From the NCBI GenBank assembly GCA_030704615.1, contig CM060733.1:69440001-69504000 (forward strand): a stretch of DNA of 64,000 nucleotides, given 5' to 3'. The notes beneath the pieces are model-generated. The model had not been told where the DNA came from, ran no database searches, and saw only the letters and a program-made list of their open reading frames with translations. This document shows, one piece after another, positions 61,240 through 64,000 of this stretch. A program made the position numbers and the translations under genes. The DNA comes from Takakia lepidozioides (Eukaryota; Plantae; Bryophyta). Each line of letters starts with the position of its first letter. Position 1 is the first letter of the stretch.

Positions 61240-61930
61240 GTGATCCCCCGATCCCCCGATTCGAAACCTGTCGTCCTCATCCCCTCACCCCGTGGTCCCC
61301 TCATCCCCTTATCCCCCGTCCAGCTCCCGACAATCCCTCCATGATCCCCTCATCTCCCGGCCTGTTCCTCTGGTTCCCTGATCCCTTGGTATCCCCGCCC
61401 GCTCCCCTCGTTCCCTCATCCCCTGATCTCCCCACCCGTCCCCTGGTTCCCTGATCCCCTCTTCTCCCGGCCGGTTCCCCTGCTTCCCTAATCCCCTAAT
61501 CTCCCCAACCATTCGTCTGGTTCCCCGATCCCATGTTCTCCCCACCCGTTCCCCTGGTTCCCTGATCCCCTCGTTTGCCCGGCCATTCCCCTAGTTCCCT
61601 GATCCCCTGATCTCTCCCGCCCATTCCCCTGCTTCCCCGATCCCCGCTAACCCCTTATACAATCCCTTGTCTTCTTCATCCCCTCATCCCCCGACCGCCC
61701 TGAACCTGAGCCCCCTGATCCCAGGATCCCCCTGACCCCCCCTGAACGCCTTCCAGGCTCCCTTATCTCCCTCATCCCCGTTCCCCTGGCTAAGTCATCC
61801 CCTGTGGCACCGACCCCCCCCCGGTTCCCTGATCCCCCTACCCCCTCGTTCAATGACCCCCTCATCCGCCACATCCTTGGTTGTTTGATCCACGTCAAGG
61901 ATCCCCTCACCCCCTTCATCCCCTTCACAG
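61240..61930. repeat. C-rich GATCCCC / GGTTCCCTGATCCCC repeat tract between the convergent genes
   Basis: Repeated cctggttccctgatcccct units; the reverse motif GGGGATCA fills the transposase introns at 57.6-58.75 kb. Confidence 0.75.
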
Positions 61931-61959
61931 CACAGTGGACGCCAAAAAAGGCACAAAGG

Positions 61960-64000
61960 GATTACAAAGAGGAGGACAAGATTCATTTTTTTTTCGTGGG
62001 GAATGGAGATACAATAGCTACATCCTCAGCATCCGAGGCATGCACATGCGACAGTCTATGCTGCAAATCTGCATCATCCCAATTATCCACTATCCATCCA
62101 CAAAGAAAATCATGCTTTGATACTGCGTACTCACATGTAAACCAATCTGCTGTAAAAGTTGCCCCCATTTTTTTTTGATTTTGGTCTCCAAGTATTTATG
62201 TATGAAAGTCATTACAAAGTAGCCACACTCCCAGCCGCTTGGTTGTTGTGGCACCTCAGGTTCCAGCCACTGCCATGCCATTATTTCATTCCAAAGTACT
62301 GAGTCCGGTTCGGCTTTGTGTAGGTATGCTCTAAAAGTGCGAAGACGCGTTTCAAAGGCAAGTCGGCTATGGGATCTGAATGATGTCATGGAATTCAGAT
62401 GAACAAACTTGGACTTATCAAAAAACCATCAAACTCCAATGGCCCCTGCAGAACGCACATGTATTTGAGGCCAGACACCACTAATGCTTTCCATTCTCCA
62501 AATCAAATCAAAGTCGGTCAAAGCTGCAAAATAGGAGGATTGAGGGACGTACCCAGAGCATAAGGGGATGAACCATGTCTGAACCTTATCTGGATCCTTC
62601 CCTAGGCACTTCTCAGTTACCCAATCATTTACAAGACCTTTGGAAATCCTGTGAAGGTCGTCCTTGGTTGATCCCTCCAAAGACGTCCATATCAGTGTGT
62701 CCATCACAGCCCACCAGCAACGATTACTCTCCTCCAGGGATAGCTGCAAAATATTGGCATACAAAAACACCCCTCCATCCCCCGCTTCCCCATACAATTT
62801 TGACAACGGTAGATAATCCCATGAACCCAGAATGGACTCCTGTGGAGTGCCTTTGAAGAAAAATAAGGCAGCCCTTGTCCTCTGGGAGCTTTTCCCTCAG
62901 TCTATTCTGGTTTCTGCATTTAACACAAGTTCACGAAGTCACACAGGTAGGCAATTAACTGTTAAGGGTGTTTTCAAGCAACCATATTATCCCCCTATCA
63001 TGCGTATAAGCCTTGCTGAATGTACTCACCATGAATTTGGTCCCCCCTTGGTCGTTGGAAGCCCTGGCCCACTTACTTAGTGACTTCTGGCCGACCAGAT
63101 TTTGCCTTCCATTTCTTCCCTGTTCTGGTGATAGCTTTACTTTCCCCCTCAGCTGCACGGTTCTCCTCCCCCGCATCGTCACCCGTATTTTTTGCGCACG
63201 CTTCGGCTCCCCCTCATCCTTCGGGGGTCTTTGCTTCCCCTTGCCGATCCCCTCTCCGGTCTGCTCCCCCTTGCCCTTCATGTGTTCCTTCTCCTTCCCC
63301 TTATCCTTTGTTTCTTTCTGATCCCCCTGCTCCAAGCCCTGCAGGTTCAATTGGCCTCCCGAAGTTTTTGCAGCAACCCTATGCCGTGTTCGACCTGCTA
63401 CTGGGCCAGATGATGGTTTGCCGGAGGTCAAACCCATGTGCAGGGGGGTTGGAGCAGAAACCATAGGAGTAGGCACCATCAGACCCGTGGTGAATGTGGA
63501 GCCAGGGTGAGCCCCAATTCAATATTCCAAGGATCTGTGGAAGCAATGGGAGCAGTACCAAGGGGCTGGAGTAAGCGCTCTGCTGTGGGGGAGACCAGAC
63601 TATCTGCGAGTGCGGATAACAACGGAATGGCCTGTGGATGATATGGGGGTGCACCTGGGAAAACTGACATGGGCGGAACAAACCCCTCTGTTGCCAATTT
63701 GGTATTCCCTGCCAATGACTGGCGTTCAGGGGTCACCAACGTTGAAATAACCTCAACCTGTGTTGTCGGCAGAGGACTGGAAACAACTGCAAATCTGCTG
63801 GACTTGGCAGTTGGATCCACCATTCTTGGCACATCCTCCCTCTCCACGTGGGAAGTACACACAGACTTGGGATGAGTTGAAAGAGGTGATTGGACAAGGG
63901 CAGAGAGTGAAGGACCACAGAGAGACACAACAGCCCACTACAGAGCATATACATGGAGGGGAGCAGGCATGACATCGGGAACAACGTTGGGGGATGACAC
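61960..64000 (-). pseudogene. Ulp1-like (peptidase C48) gene with long low-complexity N-terminus; 5' end outside the window
   Basis: TWFIPLCSG, intron, then GHWSLMVF...VHLNSM...VPQQPSGWECGYFVM (catalytic H, D replaced by N, Q, C); frameshifts. Confidence 0.75.

Larger units (their letters stand above)
54372..64000. mobile_element. MULE (At1g60560/At4g13970-like transposase) carrying a convergent Ulp1-like gene; runs off the window
   Basis: Abrupt switch to GC-rich GATCCCC repeats near 54.37 kb; transposase on +, Ulp1-like on -; left boundary approximate. Confidence 0.7.

Overview
Eukaryotic, repeat-rich DNA with GT-AG introns, most likely from a non-flowering land plant (inferred from the gene and transposon families; the species cannot be determined). 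(1) 1-24.5 kb: nested, decayed copies of an unusual DNA-transposon family. A Mutator-like (MULE) DDE transposase with a GCM/WRKY-like Zn domain and a SWIM finger (+) is arranged divergently from a multi-exon cargo gene (-). The cargo gene has an N-terminal ParB/Srx-like DGNHR domain and, in the most complete copy, a C-terminal beta-class N4C/N6A DNA-methyltransferase-like domain. Three diverged cargo paralogs plus two partial duplicates are present, each associated with its own palindromic repeat family; several arrays have 53-bp or 96-bp periods (about 5 and 9 helical turns). (2) 25-30 kb: a 5' remnant of a second MULE family and an intronless, frameshifted At3g08650-like ZIP transporter. (3) 31.3-54.2 kb: an intact 9-exon FAD-dependent monooxygenase gene (-), whose 17.7-kb intron 6 holds nested LINEs, a MITE, a young full-length Ty1/copia element and tiny LINE 3'-end insertions. 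(4) 54.4-64 kb: a decayed At1g60560/At4g13970-like MULE-SWIM element with a convergent Ulp1-like protease and GATCCCC-rich repeats. No rRNA, tRNA or CRISPR array was recognised. All domain calls are by-eye motif recognition, not database searches.
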